64,000 bases of DNA from Dehalococcoidia bacterium (lineage in GTDB: Bacteria; Chloroflexota; Dehalococcoidia; Lucifugimonadales; UBA3495), in the NCBI GenBank assembly GCA_030740155.1, contig JASLXV010000038.1, forward strand, positions 100,956 to 164,955, written 5' to 3'. Positions 38,653 through 48,475 of the stretch are shown piece by piece. Below the pieces are notes generated by a model that saw nothing but the letters and a program-made list of their open reading frames with translations, ran no database searches and was not told the origin of the DNA. The position numbers and the translations under genes were made by a program. Every line of letters starts with the position of its first letter. Position 1 is the first letter of the stretch.

Positions 38653-38680
38653 GTGTGGGCGGTTCACGAACCGCCCCTAC
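38653..38680. repeat. GTAG-type REP (GGGCGGTTCACGAACCGCCCCTAC); related copies at 39620-39644, 42867-42889 and degenerate at 9585-9612
   Basis: Hairpin ending in CCCCTAC like the REP in the RAYT gene. Confidence 0.7.
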
Positions 38681-38758
38681 AAGATCCTAGATTGCTCCCC
38701 GGCGGTTATGGGCAGTCCATTCCAGGAGGCGCCGGGCTTGATTTTCGCCTCCGGCCTC

Positions 38759-39550
38759 CTAGCCGGTTGTGGTTGGATTGCCCGACAGGACACCCGAGAA
38801 GAAGTCCCCAACCAGCCGGTTGAATACGTCCGGCACCTCGAATTGGGGGACGTGGGCCGTCCCCGGCACCACTTCCAGCTTGGCGCCGAGTATCATGCCT
38901 TGCATCGCCCGAATCGCCTTTTCCGGAAAGATCACGTCCTCTTCCCCGACCATCAGCAGGGTGGGGACGGATAGCTTGGCCAGGTCGGCGGCCTGGAGGC
39001 CGGCCGGATTGTGGAAGGCCGACCTGATGTCCAGATTCAGCTCCGGGTTGATCCCGGAGATTTCCTCGTAGAGGAAGGTCAACTCCGGGCGTTGTTCGAT
39101 GAAACGGGCCGACAAGGTCCGAGGCACGTCCCCGGCCGGCAGGTTTACCAGGTCCGTGATCGCCGCCAACACCGCCGGGTCTCCCACTCCGGCGGTGGTG
39201 TCCACCAGAATGAGGCCCAGGGTCCGCTCCGGGTGAGCCAGGGCGAAACCCAGACAGGTTATCCCGCCCATCGAATGGCCCACCAGGAAAGTGCGTGCTA
39301 TCCCCAGGTGGTCCAGAAGCTGCCGCAGGTCTTCCACTCCGGCACTCAGCCCCGGGCCGCCCGCCCCTTGCACCGAGGCGCCCCACCCCCGTTGGTCGTA
39401 GGTGACGCACCGGTATTTCTTCGAGAGCACCGGCACCTGTTGCCACCAGGTCAGATGGTTGCCGGCGCGTTGATGGGCAAACACTATCGCCGGCCCCTCG
39501 CCGTGGGACTCGTAGTAAAGCTCAGTGCCATTGACCGGCGCTTTTGGCAT
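38759..39550 (-). CDS. Alpha/beta hydrolase (tandem paralogue 1)
   Basis: Start MPKAPVNG; GHSMGG nucleophile; GEEDVI; AH. Confidence 0.9.
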   Translation of the reverse strand: MPKAPVNGTELYYESHGEGPAIVFAHQRAGNHLTWWQQVPVLSKKYRCVTYDQRGWGASVQGAGGPGLSAGVEDLRQLLDHLGIARTFLVGHSMGGITCLGFALAHPERTLGLILVDTTAGVGDPAVLAAITDLVNLPAGDVPRTLSARFIEQRPELTFLYEEISGINPELNLDIRSAFHNPAGLQAADLAKLSVPTLLMVGEEDVIFPEKAIRAMQGMILGAKLEVVPGTAHVPQFEVPDVFNRLVGDFFSGVLSGNPTTTG

Positions 39551-39584
39551 GGGTGACCTCCTGCACGGGAAGCATATCGGCTCG

Positions 39585-39743
39585 GAGCCTATCCACAGCA
39601 AGCCGCAGTGGCTCGGCCGGTAGGCGCGATTCGCGAATCGCCCCGATGCCGCCGAAGGGCTCGCCGCCAACGGGGTAATACCCTTCGTCCCGAGCTTGCC
39701 GGAGGACGAGACATGGCCCGCGTCGGAGGGTTCGGATAGGCTC
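39585..39743. mobile_element. MITE-like repeat family A (degenerate; contains an inserted GTAG REP)
   Basis: GAGCCTATCC ... CTTCGTCCCGAGCTTGCCGGAGG ... GGATAGGCTC. Confidence 0.7.
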
Positions 39744-39849
39744 TCGGCCAGGTGCCCAGTCTATCAGCTAGCATTCGCTTTTCCCACCCATCCAGGTAGG
39801 ATCGCCGGGAACCAGCCCCGTCCGGCCACCGGGCTTGACTCCCCCTGCT

Positions 39850-40641
39850 TTAGCCCGCCGTGGCCGGTTTGCCGGACAGAACAGCGGCGAAGAAGTCCCC
39901 GGCCAGCCGGTTGAACACCTCCGGCTGCTCGAAATGGGCCGAGTGGGCCGCCTCCGTCACCACTTCCAGCCTGGAGCCGGGAATCAGCTGGTGCACCGCT
40001 TGCATCGCCTTCACCGGGAAGATCACGTCTTCTTTCCCGACGATCAGCAGCGTGAGCACGGACAGCCTGGCGAGATCGGCGGCTTGAGGGCCGGCCGGGT
40101 CCCGGAAGGACGACAGCACCCCGTTGCTCCCACGCTCCGGGTTGAGTCCGCCGATCTCCTGGTAGAGGAAAGTCAGGTCGGGACGCCGCTCGATTGTGCT
40201 GGCCGAGAGCGCCCGGAGGGGGCCTTGGGGAGGAGGATTGGTCTCCTCCAGCGCCGCCAGCACCGTTGGGTCACCCACGCCCCCAGTGGTGTCGCCTAGG
40301 AGCAGGCCCAGGGTCCGTTCCGGGTAGGCCATGGCAAACCCGAGGCAGGTCAGCCCGCCCATGGACTGGGCCACCAGGAAGGCACGCTCTACACCCAGGT
40401 GATCCAGTAGCTGTTTCAGGTCTTCGACGAAGGCCTTGCGCTCGGGGCCGCCCGGCGCCTCCAGGGAAGCGCCCCAGCCCCGGTGGTCGAAGATGATGCA
40501 CCGGTAGTTCTTGGAGAAGACCGGGACCTGCTGCCACCAACTCAGGTGGTTGCCGCCCCTGCCGTGGGCGAAGACAATCGCCGGTCCCTCGCCGTGGGAC
40601 TCGTAGTAAAGCTCGATGCCGTTGATCGGCGCTTTGGGCAT
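39850..40641 (-). CDS. Alpha/beta hydrolase (tandem paralogue 2)
   Basis: MPKAPING, HGRGGN, AQSMGG and AHSAHFEQPEVFN. Confidence 0.92.
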   Translation of the reverse strand: MPKAPINGIELYYESHGEGPAIVFAHGRGGNHLSWWQQVPVFSKNYRCIIFDHRGWGASLEAPGGPERKAFVEDLKQLLDHLGVERAFLVAQSMGGLTCLGFAMAYPERTLGLLLGDTTGGVGDPTVLAALEETNPPPQGPLRALSASTIERRPDLTFLYQEIGGLNPERGSNGVLSSFRDPAGPQAADLARLSVLTLLIVGKEDVIFPVKAMQAVHQLIPGSRLEVVTEAAHSAHFEQPEVFNRLAGDFFAAVLSGKPATAG

Positions 40642-40680
40642 GGTGGACCTCCTAATAGGCTGTTCCGCGGCGACGCAATC

Positions 40681-40762
40681 ACCGCGGAGTCGCTGAGCAC
40701 GCGGAGAAAAAACCTTAGAATGACTATGTTATATCATTCCGCGGCCTCGGCGTCTCCGCGGC
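40681..40762. repeat. Inverted repeat ACCGCGGAG..GCTGAG..CGCGGA / TCCGCGGCCTCGGCGTCTCCGCGG around an AT-rich spacer
   Basis: Direct inspection. Confidence 0.55.
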
Positions 40763-40929
40763 AGCGCTACTCAAATGGGACAAGAACCACGGACTAAAGC
40801 CGGTCCGCCCGCCAGCCCACCGGGAGAAGAGCCGTTAGACTCTAGCATTTTGGGCCACGACGGGTGAGAATTGTATTAGGCGGTGAAAACTGGCAAGAAG
40901 CACCTATCTAGGGCTAGCTAGGAGGCACT

Positions 40930-41175
40930 GTGATGGCAGAGTCAGCACTGCGGGAAAGCGCTAGAGAGGCAGAAGACTGGCCGGCAGACCTGGATGACTG
41001 GATAGCGAGGGAGTTGGCGGAGATCGTCCGGGAGGCTGAGCGGGTCTCTGAGCCGGAGGAGCCTGGGGTGGGCGTTTGGTCCTATCGGGTGCCTTTTCCG
41101 GGCGTCCGCTACTACTCAAACCGGGAGTGGCCGTCCTCCGTGAAGCCGGGCAGACGCAGGGGTGCGCCCCGTTAG
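40930..41175 (+). CDS. Small hypothetical protein
   Basis: GGAGG RBS at 40921-40925; acidic N-terminus; sits alone in an intergenic gap. Confidence 0.55.
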   Translation: MMAESALRESAREAEDWPADLDDWIARELAEIVREAERVSEPEEPGVGVWSYRVPFPGVRYYSNREWPSSVKPGRRRGAPR

Positions 41176-41254
41176 ATTAGCTGATTAGCACTCAGCACTG
41201 GCCCGGCCCCATGGCCGCCAGCTGATAGCCGGGGGCGGGGCCGGTTGGGGTGGC

Positions 41255-41908
41255 TCACACCGGCCACTGTTCCTGCCGGTAGGCCATCTCCCAGAACAGG
41301 TACTCGTAGCGGCTGCTGGTCAGGAAAGCCTCCCGCATGGCGTCCAGTTCCTGGGCTCCAGCCTCACGGGCCGCCGCGTCGACGAATCCACGCCAGGCGT
41401 CCACGCTGTCTTGAAGCAGGCCGGCGACGTAGAAATCCGTCCATTGGCTGTACAGCGGGTGCTCCGACGGTCCAACGGCGTTCTTGAGTTCATGGTAGGT
41501 CCAGGGGCAGGGCAGCAAGGCGGCGGCGGTTGGACCCAAGCCGTGGAGCGCCGCGGTCTTCAGCATGTGGTTGACATAAGCCACATTGGTGGGCGAGCGC
41601 CCGGCCCGGTAGATATCCTCCGGAGTTAACCCCGCCTGAACCAGCAGTTTGCGGTGGAGGGGACGCTCCACCGGGGTCAACACCCGGTGGGAAAGCTCTT
41701 CCAACGTTCGCGAGTCCGGCGCCTTGGCCAGCGCCAAGGCAACGGTCCGGGCAAACCCTTCCAGGTACAGGTAGTCCTGGGCCAGGTAGTAGCGGAACTT
41801 CTCCAGCGGCAGGGTGCCGTCCTTGATTTCCCAGAGGAACGGCTGGGCGAATATACGGCTCCAGATGGGTTCCGCCTCGGCACGCAACTGTTCGGTGAAA
41901 CTCTCCAT
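41255..41908 (-). CDS. tenA: TenA / thiaminase II (aminopyrimidine aminohydrolase)
   Basis: FRYYLAQDYLYL, LLPCPWTY, Y.QW...Y and SSRYEYLFWEMAY. Confidence 0.92.
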   Translation of the reverse strand: MESFTEQLRAEAEPIWSRIFAQPFLWEIKDGTLPLEKFRYYLAQDYLYLEGFARTVALALAKAPDSRTLEELSHRVLTPVERPLHRKLLVQAGLTPEDIYRAGRSPTNVAYVNHMLKTAALHGLGPTAAALLPCPWTYHELKNAVGPSEHPLYSQWTDFYVAGLLQDSVDAWRGFVDAAAREAGAQELDAMREAFLTSSRYEYLFWEMAYRQEQWPV

Positions 41909-42044
41909 GTCCCCTTCGCCCCCGGCTTACCGGGCATTTGAATCTCGTGGCCCCGCGGTCAACGAGTCCCGCCTCTTCGGGGAGGACCCGCGGGGTATTT
42001 TATCGGCAGGCGGCCGCGGCGAGAGTGCGGCCGCCGGGGTGTGG

Positions 42045-42845
42045 CTACTGGGCTGACGGGAAATTGGGCGCGCGCCTTTCCTTGAGCGCCGCGTAGCCCT
42101 CCTTCACATCTTCACCGAGAAACCCCAGCATCTCCACGGCCAGCGAATAGTCAAAGGAGGTGTGGGCGGCAACCCGCAACCATTGGTTCAGGGCCCGCTT
42201 GGTAAATCGGAGAGCAGGCTGAGGACCGGCGGCCAGGTTGCGGGCCACCTCCATCGCTTTGGGCATCAGCTCATCGGGGGGCACCACCAAGCTGACCAGG
42301 CCCAGCTTTTCCGCCTCTATCCCGTCCAGGAATCCGCAGGTCAACAAATAGTACTTGACCTTGGCCATGCTCATGAGGAGGGGCCAGATCAGGGTGGCAT
42401 GGTCTCCACCCGCCACCCCCAGCCGGATATGGCCGTCGGTGAACCGGGCCTTCTCCGACGCGATGGATATGTCGGCCAGGAGGGCCACGGCCAGTCCCGC
42501 ACCCACCGCCACGCCGTTGATGGCTGAGACCACCGGTTTGTCCAGGTTCATCATGTTGTGGACGATGTCGCTGGCCTCCTGCATATTGCTGGCGACCACC
42601 TCTGAGTTGCCGATGGCCGCTTCGAGCATCTCAAAATCGCCTCCCGCGGAGAAGGCTCGTCCCGCGCCGGTGATCACAGCCACCCTTACGTCCGGGTCCT
42701 GGCCCAGGTCCACCCAGATGCGGCTCAACTCGTTGTGTAGTTGGAAGCCTGTGGCGTTCATCTTTTCGGGGCGGTTCATCGTCAAGAGCGCGATGCCGTC
42801 TTCGATCTCAATCAATAGGTCTTTGTACGAGCTGTAGTCTGCCAT
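42045..42845 (-). CDS. Enoyl-CoA hydratase/isomerase family protein
   Basis: NRPEKMNA, AFSAGGD, KPVVSAINGVAVGAG and DGHIRLGVAGGDH; GGAGG RBS. Confidence 0.92.
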   Translation of the reverse strand: MADYSSYKDLLIEIEDGIALLTMNRPEKMNATGFQLHNELSRIWVDLGQDPDVRVAVITGAGRAFSAGGDFEMLEAAIGNSEVVASNMQEASDIVHNMMNLDKPVVSAINGVAVGAGLAVALLADISIASEKARFTDGHIRLGVAGGDHATLIWPLLMSMAKVKYYLLTCGFLDGIEAEKLGLVSLVVPPDELMPKAMEVARNLAAGPQPALRFTKRALNQWLRVAAHTSFDYSLAVEMLGFLGEDVKEGYAALKERRAPNFPSAQ

Positions 42846-43413
42846 CGGTACCTCCGTGTTTTGGCCGGGGAGGTTCGCGAACCGCCCCCGCCCGTTTGGG
42901 CCCTCTATCGTCTTCGTGCCTGGGAAAGGGTAAGTGTCCCCACGGCCCCTAGATTGTAACACCGGCGGGCAAGGCGTCCGGGGGCGGCGGTTGGTGCCCG
43001 GCTTCACCCAGGCTGAGGTCCCAATGTCTGGGTAACCCGGTAGGAGGTTGACCCAATATCTACCGGGGCAGGGGGGTTCACCGTGGGCTCAGAGGATCAA
43101 TCGGTCGGTATCAAGGCAAGCTGTTGTGAGGTGTGGTGGATCAACCTGACACCGGTACAAAAATGTGGCTCCACTCCCAGCTATGGGACCTGGAGATATT
43201 TGCCGGTTGGACTTCGCAGGTCATGGTCCAAACCGTGGCCCGGCGTGATGGTCTGAGAATGGGCCGCTATACCACATTTCCCGCCGACAGATTGTAAGTA
43301 CCTCGGCGCGGCAGGCTTGACGAGGGCCACTGGCGGGGGAAAAGCCCTCGTCACTTGGCTCTGCCCCTTCTCGAACCTCAGTCCCTCCCAATAATTCACC
43401 AGGTTGTCTTGCG

Positions 43414-43608
43414 CCAGCGCACTGTTTCATAAATAGCCTTACCTAGGCGAAATTGTGCGATATTCTCTGTGCGCAATCGTCCCCGAGAGCATCGGGGACG
43501 GAACCCGGAGAAGGTTTGGCTGGATTCCGGCCCCGGATCCAGTCCGGGGCAGGCTCTTCGCCGGGATGACGGGCTGGCTATCAATCCATTTACGAGACAC
43601 TGGACTAG
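43414..43608. mobile_element. MITE-like repeat family B with nested CCCCGGATCCAGTCCGGGG hairpin
   Basis: Ends ...CCATTTACGAGACACTGGACTAG; internal CTGGATTCCGGC...TTCGCCGGGATGAC. Confidence 0.75.
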
Positions 43609-43782
43609 CAGCGGGGGGGGCGTTTCCTTAGTCTCCGGCCCGTCCGGCAAGCCGGGCCGGCAAGAAGCGGCACAAGTTGAATTTGCGGCTCGGCTAGATC
43701 GCAATAAATCCCTCAACTTCTCTTTTCAATGGAGTTGGGGGATTCGTCCGGTTCGGCTTGGACCCGTCGGGCCCCGGTTGGC

Positions 43783-44028
43783 TCAGAGCAATGATTCAAC
43801 CAGGTGTATGTCCCCGCAGGCGACGCCGGCTCCCTGATGGTGGTCTCGCACTGCCTGCTGGTCTGGCGCGTCGAGCAGACAATACACCATGCCATCTTGG
43901 TTGTAGTAGAGTTCCAACTGGGTGACCCCGAACTGGTCGGCCTTCTTTTCGGCGGTCTCTTTCCGTAGCCGGTCAACCATCTCCGGTGGAAGCTTCAGGT
44001 CAGCATGGACATCCATATACTTGGGCAA
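43783..44028 (-). CDS. DUF4242 / SCO4226-like small protein
   Basis: PKYMDVH, YCLLDAPD..AV..HH..AG..C; GAGGGAG RBS before TTG. Confidence 0.85.
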   Translation of the reverse strand: MPKYMDVHADLKLPPEMVDRLRKETAEKKADQFGVTQLELYYNQDGMVYCLLDAPDQQAVRDHHQGAGVACGDIHLVESLL

Positions 44029-44073
44029 CTTAGCTCCCTCCTCGCTATATCAAATAGGTAAAACGCATCAAGT

Positions 44074-44098
44074 ATTGAGTATTATATATTAAGTCAAT
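44074..44098. promoter_or_regulatory. AT-rich imperfect palindrome ATTGAGTATTATATATTAAGTCAAT between divergent genes
   Basis: TTGA-N15-TCAA symmetry in a GC-rich genome. Confidence 0.5.
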
Positions 44099-44188
44099 GT
44101 GCATGTCAACACAGCGGGCGATGGCGAAAGCTCACCAAGCTCTGTCCGCTCTGGTACACTGGTGCCATTCCACTCCGGAGGAGCCGCC

Positions 44189-45517
44189 ATGACCCAGGCC
44201 AATACCGAGTTGATCCGCTATCTGGAACTGACCCCAAAGTCTCGGGCCCTCTGGCAGGAGGCGGCGGAATATCTCCCCGGCGGCGACAGCCGTCACTCGA
44301 TATTTTGGGAACCCTATCCCATTTTCGTCGACTCCAGTTCTGGCTGCCACGTGGTGGATGCCGATGGGGTTGACCGGCTGGACTTCATCAATACCATGAC
44401 CACCTTGATACTGGGCCACGGGCCCGAGCCGGTGGTCCAAGCGGTCCGGGAGCAACTGGACCGGGGCGTGGTTTACAACGCGCCCAGCGAGAACCAGATC
44501 CGGCTGGCCAAGCTCCTCTGCGAACGGATACCGAGCTTCGACCTGGTCCGGTTCACCAACTCCGGCACCGAGGCGACGATGAACACCCTGCGGGCCGCCC
44601 GGGCCTTCACAGGGAAGAGCCGCTTTGCCAAGGTAGAGGGTGGCTATCACGGCACCCACGATGCGGTGACCGTCAGCCTCCGGGTCGACCCCGAAAAAGC
44701 CGGGGACGCCTTGCGTCCGGCGGCATTGCCTAGCAGCGCCGGGCTTCCCGAAGGGGTGTTGGACCAGGTGGTAATCATTCCCTTCAATGAGACGGCGGTG
44801 GCGCTTCGGCTCCTGGAAGAGAACAAAGACCAACTGGCGGCGGTCATCGTGGAGCCGGTTATGGGCTCGGTGGGCATGGTTCCCGCCTCGTCCGAGTTCC
44901 TGGCCATGCTGAGGGAGTTTACCAGGGAACACGGCATAATCTTGATCTTCGACGAGGTCATCAGCTTTCGGGTGGCGCCCGGCGGCGGGCAGCAGTACTA
45001 CGGCATTACCCCGGACATGACAGCGATGGGGAAGATCATCGGGGGTGGCTTCGCGGTGGGGGCCTTCGGAGGCCGCCGGGACATCATGGAGCTGTACGAC
45101 CCCTCCAAAGGCGCCAAGGTGTCCCACGCCGGGACCTTCAACGCCAACCCCGTTACCATGCTGGCCGGGGCGGTGACGCTGGAGCAGCTCACCCCGGAGG
45201 TCTACCGCCGCCTGGCGGAGCTGACGGAGCGCTTGCGAAGTGGAATCAGCCAGGTCTGCGCCGATTTGGAGGTGCCGGTCCAGGTCACCGGCCTGGGTTC
45301 ACTGTTTGGCATCCACTTCACCGAGGGCCCGGTCCGCGGCTACCGGGACGTGGCGGCCGAGGATGCGCGGCTCCGAGGGCAGGTGTTCCTGGGCCTGCTG
45401 AACGAGGGTATCCTGACCGCGTCCAACCTGGTGGGCGCCCTCTCCACGGTTATCACCGAGGCCGAAGTGGACATCTTCGTGGCGGCGTTCAAGCGTGTGC
45501 TGGCGCGCCAGCGGTGA
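44189..45517 (+). CDS. Class-III PLP aminotransferase (glutamate-1-semialdehyde aminomutase-like)
   Basis: FTNSGTEA, GGYHG, IFDEVIS.R, MGKIIGGG and HAGTFNANP. Confidence 0.92.
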   Translation: MTQANTELIRYLELTPKSRALWQEAAEYLPGGDSRHSIFWEPYPIFVDSSSGCHVVDADGVDRLDFINTMTTLILGHGPEPVVQAVREQLDRGVVYNAPSENQIRLAKLLCERIPSFDLVRFTNSGTEATMNTLRAARAFTGKSRFAKVEGGYHGTHDAVTVSLRVDPEKAGDALRPAALPSSAGLPEGVLDQVVIIPFNETAVALRLLEENKDQLAAVIVEPVMGSVGMVPASSEFLAMLREFTREHGIILIFDEVISFRVAPGGGQQYYGITPDMTAMGKIIGGGFAVGAFGGRRDIMELYDPSKGAKVSHAGTFNANPVTMLAGAVTLEQLTPEVYRRLAELTERLRSGISQVCADLEVPVQVTGLGSLFGIHFTEGPVRGYRDVAAEDARLRGQVFLGLLNEGILTASNLVGALSTVITEAEVDIFVAAFKRVLARQR

Positions 45518-45571
45518 ACGCGGCGGGGCCGCCGCGAAAACTGCCCGTCGCGCCGTCGCCCAATCAGGCCC

Positions 45572-45880
45572 TTATACCACAGACCCCGCGTAGTGGATGG
45601 GAGTGGCGACACTCCGCCCGATCTCTCCGTCGAACCAGTCCTTCACCGTCTCCCGCCACTTGGTGTAGTGGGGCGCTGCCCGGTGGGCGTCGACGGCCGC
45701 CTGGTCCTTGTATACCTCATACAGGTGGATCCGGTTGGGGTCCTCGTTGTCCTGCAAAACGTCAAAGCGAAGGCATCCGGGCTCATCGTTGTTGGAGCCG
45801 TGGGCGTCGCCCATCATGGACGCCATGAAGGCTTCCTTGTGGCCTTTCTTGATCTTGATGGATACGATCAGCGCAATCAT
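45572..45880 (-). CDS. ABM-domain protein (LsrG-like / putative monooxygenase)
   Basis: EPGCLRFDVLQD, LYEVYKD..A..AHR..PHY..W; GAGGAG RBS. Confidence 0.88.
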   Translation of the reverse strand: MIALIVSIKIKKGHKEAFMASMMGDAHGSNNDEPGCLRFDVLQDNEDPNRIHLYEVYKDQAAVDAHRAAPHYTKWRETVKDWFDGEIGRSVATPIHYAGSVV

Positions 45881-46149
45881 GTTTTCTCCTCGGTACCTAG
45901 ATGATGTGGCAGACGCGCTTGCACCCGCGCGGCCGTTTGGCGAGAGCGCTTCGCCCCTCGTCAAGCCAGCGCCATTATAGTCGGGGCGGCGGCCGGGCAC
46001 AAGACGGTTCGGGCCGGGACGACGAAGGGCGTCCCACGGCCCCCGGTGACCGTCGGAAACCGACCGTGGGCGGCCCATGGCTCCCGGCTCGGGTGACGCC
46101 CGGGGTTGGACGCTGTAGAATGGCTGCACCAGCCGAGGGGAGGTCTTCC

Positions 46150-46377
46150 ATGGCGGATATTCCAGTGGTCTACACCCTGACCGTTTGCCCCGCCTGCGAC
46201 TCCTTGCGCGACGCCTGGTGCCGGCAAGGCATCGCCTACGAGGAGCGGCGCGTCGACCAGAGCCAGGAGACGCTGGACGCGGCGCTGGAGTACGGGGATA
46301 CGGTACCCATCATTATTCACCCCGACGGTCGGGTGGAGATCGGTTTCGAAGGGAAAACCGGTTGAGAGATCGGCTGA
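46150..46377 (+). CDS. Glutaredoxin-like probable selenoprotein (Uxx-star-like; ...GFEGKTG-U-EIG*)
   Basis: CPAC motif and TVPII; in-frame TGA at 46363-46365 followed by a SECIS-like hairpin; next stop at 46375-46377. Confidence 0.75.
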
Positions 46378-46405
46378 TGGGCTGGAAGCCCGTCGAGTTC
46401 AGCCG
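46371..46405 (+). promoter_or_regulatory. Bacterial SECIS-like stem-loop
   Basis: CGGCTGA-TGGGCT-GGA-AGCCCG-TCGAGT-TCAGCCG; G-containing apical loop 18 nt after the TGA. Confidence 0.65.
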
Positions 46406-46562
46406 GAATCATTGCGGGGCTTATCTTGACCATCGGTTCCTTTCCCCGAGCTTGGCTGCCCGTTTTCCCTGTCCCGGTGATTCCCCGTGGCAGTCCGGAT
46501 CTTGGAGCGAGATTGGCGGAATAATCGGCGAGCGATCGGCTTGCCGAGCGAAGGAGCGAGAG

Positions 46563-47147
46563 ATGGCGCGTGAAACCAGTGTCGTGACGCCTCAACGGTT
46601 CTCGGAAGGGTTCGCCTATGATGCGTACCTGGCCCATATAGAAGTGAACAAGGCCCGGTTCGATGGATTCTACGACGGGTGCCGGATACAACCGGAAAAT
46701 GCCGCCACGTTCCGGGAGTTGGCGGATCGCCCCAACGGACCGGCCAAGATGCTGGTCCTGGGCGAAGACTGGTGCGGCGACGTGGTTCGGGGTCTGCCGG
46801 TGCTGGCCCGGGTGGCGGAGGCCGGCGGCATGGAGCTGCGCATATTCCCCCGAGACCTGAACCGCGACATCATGAATGAGTTCCTGAACCGGGGCGAGTT
46901 CATGTCCATTCCGGTGGCGGTATTCTACACCCGGGACCACCGGTACATCTGTCATTGGATCGAGCGTCCGGCGATGGCCAGCCGGGAGACCGGGGAGATT
47001 GAGGCGGCGATTCGCGCCGAGAACCCGGAGATCAACGATCAAGAGTTCAGCCGGGAGCGGCGGGCCCGCACGTCGGCCCGCGCCGGCAATTGGATCGAAG
47101 CCACCGTCGAGGAGTTGAGAGAGTTACTGGCCGGAAGCGTGAGCTAG
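46563..47147 (+). CDS. Thioredoxin-like protein (WCGD type)
   Basis: LVLGEDWCGDV, FPRD.N, SIPV and W.ERP; AAGGAG RBS. Confidence 0.88.
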   Translation: MARETSVVTPQRFSEGFAYDAYLAHIEVNKARFDGFYDGCRIQPENAATFRELADRPNGPAKMLVLGEDWCGDVVRGLPVLARVAEAGGMELRIFPRDLNRDIMNEFLNRGEFMSIPVAVFYTRDHRYICHWIERPAMASRETGEIEAAIRAENPEINDQEFSRERRARTSARAGNWIEATVEELRELLAGSVS

Positions 47148-47170
47148 CCGGCGTCCCAGACCCGGACCGC

Positions 47171-48475
47171 CTAATCCGATCCCAGTCTCGGCCCCGGCGG
47201 TTTTCCCAAGAACAGGAACAGAACGGAGCCCAAGAAGCTTACGACCGCCACGGTGACGAAGGGCGTCGCATAGCTCCCGGTGTAGTCGAACATGTAGCCG
47301 GCGAACAGCGGGGCGGCGACCAGGAACAGGTTCATCGGCAGCATGGAGATACCGGTAATGCTGGCGAAAGCCCGGCGGCCGAAGTAGACGCCGCGGATCG
47401 CGGTGGTCAGGGGTATCCGGCCTCCGAAGCCGATGCCCATGAGCAACGCGAAGACGAAGGCGATATAGGTGCTTTCGTTCAGGAACAAAATGGCGATCGC
47501 CACCGACTGGATCGCGGAGAACCCGAATAGCGCCAGACGTATGGGCACTCGGTCGCCCACGTACCCGCCCACGAGGGTGAACACGGCGCCGACGGCGGTG
47601 TACGTCGAAACCACCCAGCCGACCATCTGCAACGAGAACCCCCGATCTCCCAGCATTAGTCCCAGGTGCACCGCCACGGTCACAATGACGGTGGTGGAGC
47701 AAGCGTGGCCAATGGTAATCAGCCAGAAAGCCCGCGTTCTCACGGCTTGCTGCCAGGTAAAGTCCTGTTCCTCGCTGCTTCGCGGAGGAGCTTCTGCCTG
47801 TTGGGTCGCCACCGGAGGGCGCTTCGAGCTATCTCCGTCGGGAAGCTGACCGTACTCCTCGGGCCGGTTTCGCACGAGGTGGGAGATGGGAAAGGCCAGG
47901 GCCATCAAGAAGAAACCTATGCCCTGGGCAGTGGCCCGCCAGCCGAACCGGTCCGGTTCCCCCGGCTCGATGCTGCCGATGGCCCAGGCCATGGCCGGTA
48001 TCAGGAACACCCCGCCGAGGGAGAACCCCTCCATGGCCAGGGCCATTGCCGTTGCCCGCCGCCGGATGAACCAGCTATTGAGCGCCGTCATCATCGGGAG
48101 CCAGGTGCCCAGCCCCACGCCCAGGCTCATGACAAGGAAGGACAGGTACAGGTGCCAGATCTGCTGAATGTTGCCCAGGAAGACGAAGCCGCTTCCCAGG
48201 ATTACCAGGCCGATCAGCACCATGCGCCGGGGCCCCAGGCGCTCGATCAAGAACCCTTCCAGCGGACCCAGCAGACCACCCTCGGCCCTGGCCAAGGCGA
48301 AGGCCCAGGACATCTGGCCCCGGCCCCACCCAAAATGGGCCTCCAGGACCGGGTTCCAGACCGTGGTGCCCTGGAAGAAAGGCACGTTGCCCAGGGCCAT
48401 AACGGCGGCGGCGACTCCGGCCAGCCACCAGCCGTAGAAGATTCTGCGGGGGCGATCTATTGCGAGGCGGTTCAA
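47171..48475 (-). CDS. MFS transporter
   Basis: IFYGWW, G.LIERLGPRR, WFIRRRATAM, GDRVP.R and YFGRRAF. Confidence 0.9.
   Translation of the reverse strand: MNRLAIDRPRRIFYGWWLAGVAAAVMALGNVPFFQGTTVWNPVLEAHFGWGRGQMSWAFALARAEGGLLGPLEGFLIERLGPRRMVLIGLVILGSGFVFLGNIQQIWHLYLSFLVMSLGVGLGTWLPMMTALNSWFIRRRATAMALAMEGFSLGGVFLIPAMAWAIGSIEPGEPDRFGWRATAQGIGFFLMALAFPISHLVRNRPEEYGQLPDGDSSKRPPVATQQAEAPPRSSEEQDFTWQQAVRTRAFWLITIGHACSTTVIVTVAVHLGLMLGDRGFSLQMVGWVVSTYTAVGAVFTLVGGYVGDRVPIRLALFGFSAIQSVAIAILFLNESTYIAFVFALLMGIGFGGRIPLTTAIRGVYFGRRAFASITGISMLPMNLFLVAAPLFAGYMFDYTGSYATPFVTVAVVSFLGSVLFLFLGKPPGPRLGSD

Noticed and set aside
41909..43200. TPP riboswitch for tenA
   Set aside because: No CTGAGA...ACCTG...AGGGA core on the minus strand upstream of tenA; the partial look-alike near 43010-43160 is incomplete and in the wrong orientation
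44189..45517. Calling the class-III aminotransferases hemL
   Set aside because: Two divergent paralogues, no tetrapyrrole genes nearby, and the HemL PGGVNSPVR motif is absent
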